Below, piece by piece: positions 62,374 to 64,000 of a stretch of DNA of 64,000 nt; the stretch's first letter is position 1; every line of letters begins with the position of its first letter. The notes below the pieces were generated by a model. The model was given only the letters and a program-made list of their open reading frames with translations, was not told where the DNA came from and did not search any database. The translations under genes and the position numbers were made by a program. The DNA is from a virus (taxonomy: Duplodnaviria > Caudoviricetes). Location of the stretch: positions 18,496-82,495 of IMG/VR virus record IMGVR_UViG_3300020577_011595; one strand, 5' to 3'.

Positions 62374-62442
62374 CTAGTTATTATCCAGAAAGCGGATAAC
62401 GTCAAGCGCACTATCCAACTTTCTGCTAACTATCTCACAACT
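62374..62442 (-). promoter_or_regulatory. Promoter with tandem palindromic operators (copy B of a 69-bp repeat)
   Basis: TTGACG at 62405-62400. Perfect TTATCC-AGAAAGC-GGATAA (62381-62399) and CTATCC-AACTTTC-TGCTAA (62411-62429). Confidence 0.75.
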
Positions 62443-62460
62443 CCCCCAAACCATTGGGGC

Positions 62461-62520
62461 TTTCGGCGGTTAGTGAAAAGTTACCTAGAATCGAGATAAC
62501 TTCACGCTAACCGCCCGAAA
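62461..62520. repeat. 60-bp imperfect palindrome (26/27-nt arms, 7-nt loop)
   Basis: 22 of 26 left-arm positions pair with the right arm. Begins 7 nt after the stop of 62528..62749. Confidence 0.85.
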
Positions 62521-62527
62521 TCACTCG

Positions 62528-62749
62528 CTAAACGAGGTCTCCGCCCTTCTCGCGCTCGTCACGATGCCCGTACCGCTTGCGGAGCTGCGCGAGTGCCGCG
62601 GTCAGGTCGAGCGAGGCCCGGCGGACCGCGGCGCGCTTCCGCGAGCCCCCGACCGTGCAGGGCGCCGCCTTTTTGAGGGCTTCCGCGCGCGCCAGGAACC
62701 GCCGGGCCTCGGCCATCGCCGCCTCCAGCTCGCCCTTGTAGAACGACAT
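62528..62749 (-). CDS. Hypothetical protein (73 aa)
   Basis: GGAGGT upstream; basic and helical. Confidence 0.65.
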   Translation of the reverse strand: MSFYKGELEAAMAEARRFLARAEALKKAAPCTVGGSRKRAAVRRASLDLTAALAQLRKRYGHRDEREKGGDLV

Positions 62750-62766
62750 CTCTCACCTCCCCAGGG

Positions 62767-63231
62767 TCAACGGACCTTCGCTCGGAACCCGTCATCACAC
62801 GGCTCGGCGTGCCCGAGCCGTGTGAGCTTGTTCAGGAACCCGGCCGCCCGGTGCTGGGGCTCCCGGCCCTTGCCCGACGGCCAGAGGCGCTCGGCCAGGG
62901 CCTTCGGCGTAGCCGTCCCGAGGTCCCGCAGCGCCACCAGGGCTCGCCGCAGAAGGGGCGAGAGGTCCTCGGCGCCAGCTCCGCAGGTGCAGTCCTCGCC
63001 CATGTCGCAGGTCAGGGCGTGAACCACGGGCGGGCGGGTGGCGAGCCGGTAGGCCCCGTCGTCGAGCTGCTCGATCTTGCCCTCCTCGAGCAAGCGGCGG
63101 ACGGCGTTCGCGACCGTGCCGCGAGGCGCCCCCAGGGCCGTCGCGAGCCTCGTGGGGCCCGCCGCGCCCTCCCGACGCAGGGCCTCGAGCACGCGCGCGA
63201 AGGTCGTGGGCTTGGTCGGCCGAGGGATCAC
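62767..63231 (-). CDS. Tandem winged-HTH protein
   Basis: RVLEALRREGAAGPTRLATALGAPRGTVANAVRRLLEEGKIEQ and ALVALRDLGTATPKALAERLW...LNKLTRLGHAE, joined by a H..TC...C.C linker. The start could extend to GTG 63375. Confidence 0.75.
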   Translation of the reverse strand: MIPRPTKPTTFARVLEALRREGAAGPTRLATALGAPRGTVANAVRRLLEEGKIEQLDDGAYRLATRPPVVHALTCDMGEDCTCGAGAEDLSPLLRRALVALRDLGTATPKALAERLWPSGKGREPQHRAAGFLNKLTRLGHAEPCDDGFRAKVR

Positions 63232-63353
63232 GACCGGCCTCCGGCCAGCGCGCGGGCCTCGGTGGCCTGCCGGCGCCGTCGACGGGCCCGCTTGGCCTCG
63301 ACCCGGGCCATGGCGGCCTTGGGGTTGTTCCAGTCGCCCAGAGCCGTACGCAT
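63228..63353 (-). CDS. Possible 41-aa basic peptide
   Basis: MRTALGDWNNPKAAMARVEAKRARRRRRQ. Its stop forms a GTGA overlap with the wHTH start, but there is no clear Shine-Dalgarno sequence. Confidence 0.35.
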   Translation of the reverse strand: MRTALGDWNNPKAAMARVEAKRARRRRRQATEARALAGGRS

Positions 63354-63371
63354 TTGTTGCTCTGCACGAAC

Positions 63372-63803
63372 TCACTTCCCGACCGCCTCTCCGATGCGAC
63401 ACGCGAGGCACACTTCGCAGTCGGGCCCGCGCTCGTCCGCGTGGTGGTCGCACGGGCAATCGCACCCGTTTTCTTCGAGCAGCCTGCGAACCACACGGAG
63501 ACGCTCGTCCGCCTCCATCGAGTTGCGCTGATAGCTCTCGACAAGATTCGGGACGTTGTATTGCCCCTCTCCGGCGTCGTCGAACAGCTTGCGGAGGCGG
63601 TCGGCTTCGGCCACCTTCGCGGCCACATCGGGTGGGAGTGGCAGCCCAGCGATTAGCCGCATTTGACCGATTCCGCGCTCTAGCTCGTCAACTCGACGCA
63701 ACAGCTCCTTGAGCAGTCTGGCGGCGCGGGGAGCATGGATGCGTTTGTCGAACTCCCATTCAGAGGCCACCTGCCGAATTTCGTCGGTGCGCGACAGCGT
63801 CAT
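63372..63803 (-). CDS. Hypothetical protein (143 aa) with C-terminal Cys/His cluster
   Basis: GAGGAGG upstream. Coiled coil followed by CDCPCDHH...CEVCLAC. Confidence 0.65.
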   Translation of the reverse strand: MTLSRTDEIRQVASEWEFDKRIHAPRAARLLKELLRRVDELERGIGQMRLIAGLPLPPDVAAKVAEADRLRKLFDDAGEGQYNVPNLVESYQRNSMEADERLRVVRRLLEENGCDCPCDHHADERGPDCEVCLACRIGEAVGK

Positions 63804-64000
63804 CGGTCCCTCCTCAGCCCGAGAGCATCACCAACCGTGTGCTCACGCCCGGGCTGGTCAAAGCCTGCGGTCTTGCCTGCGATACGAGGGGGCGACTCAA
63901 GAGCCGACGCCAGCTCTTGGTATGCGTGCTCGGTCATGCTTTCCGCGACGCTGGACAGGCTGCGGCGCGCGGCTTCCACCATTCGCTCTGCCTCGCCAGC
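63800..64000 (-). CDS. Hypothetical protein, probably truncated at the right edge
   Basis: The frame of the 63800..63982 ORF stays open to the window end; ATGA overlap with the next gene. Confidence 0.5.
   Translation of the reverse strand, partial: AGEAERMVEAARRSLSSVAESMTEHAYQELASALESPPRIAGKTAGFDQPGREHTVGDALGLRRDR

Larger units (their letters stand above)
1..64000 (-). mobile_element. Tailed dsDNA phage genome segment (contractile-tail myovirus morphology, SPO1/Twort-like head-neck-tail gene order)
   Basis: Collinear terminase, portal, protease, MCP, neck, sheath, tube, tape measure, baseplate and fibre genes, all on the minus strand, with frequent ATGA/GTGA start-stop overlaps. No host housekeeping genes. 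Confidence 0.97.

Noticed and set aside
60876-62520. CRISPR mini-array interpretation of the AT-rich repeats
   Set aside because: Only two 69-bp copies about 1.5 kb apart with genes between them; no repeat-spacer periodicity and no cas genes.
1-64000. Alternative genetic code or stop-codon recoding
   Set aside because: All hallmark genes are full length under the standard code, with normal ATGA/GTGA coupling.

Overview
The whole window is one segment of a very GC-rich (about 70% by eye) tailed-phage genome, with every credible gene on the minus strand. No integrase, replication genes, tRNAs or CRISPR array are visible, so free phage versus prophage and the host cannot be determined. In transcription order (right to left) there are three parts. 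(1) About 12.5 kb of small early/accessory genes (64000-51600), including a C5 cytosine methyltransferase, DUF3310-like and MazG-like proteins and HTH proteins. Three related AT-rich promoters here carry a palindromic TTATCC-N7-GGATAA operator between the -35 and -10 elements, and two look leaderless. (2) A SPO1/Twort(Herelleviridae)-like head module (TerL, portal, prohead protease, scaffold-like protein, major capsid protein). It is inflated by about 19 kb between TerL and the protease, which holds the portal and several polyvalent proteins: a 1828-aa LPD1/zincin protein, a 1669-aa DUF5661-like/DdrB-ParB-like protein, a MuF-zincin fusion, a kinase-pyrophosphatase fusion and a Pro/Gln/Met low-complexity protein. 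(3) A contractile-tail module: neck, sheath, tube, tail chaperone with a probable +1 frameshift, tape measure, hub, spike, baseplate, a five-gene cassette between gpJ and gpI, a beta-helix fibre, and a holin-like gene running off the left edge. The most striking unexplained pattern is in the head module. Its proteins are studded with L-x-K-[A/S/G] motifs at domain boundaries (at least 30 counted by eye, versus 1 in a similar length of tail protein). Six of these K sites (five of them L-x-K-[A/G], one M-A-K-M) are followed by one of two short recurring basic/aromatic tags. I infer a prohead-protease-processed, tag-addressed capsid cargo (polyprotein ejectome) system. All family assignments come from motif recognition by eye, not from database searches.
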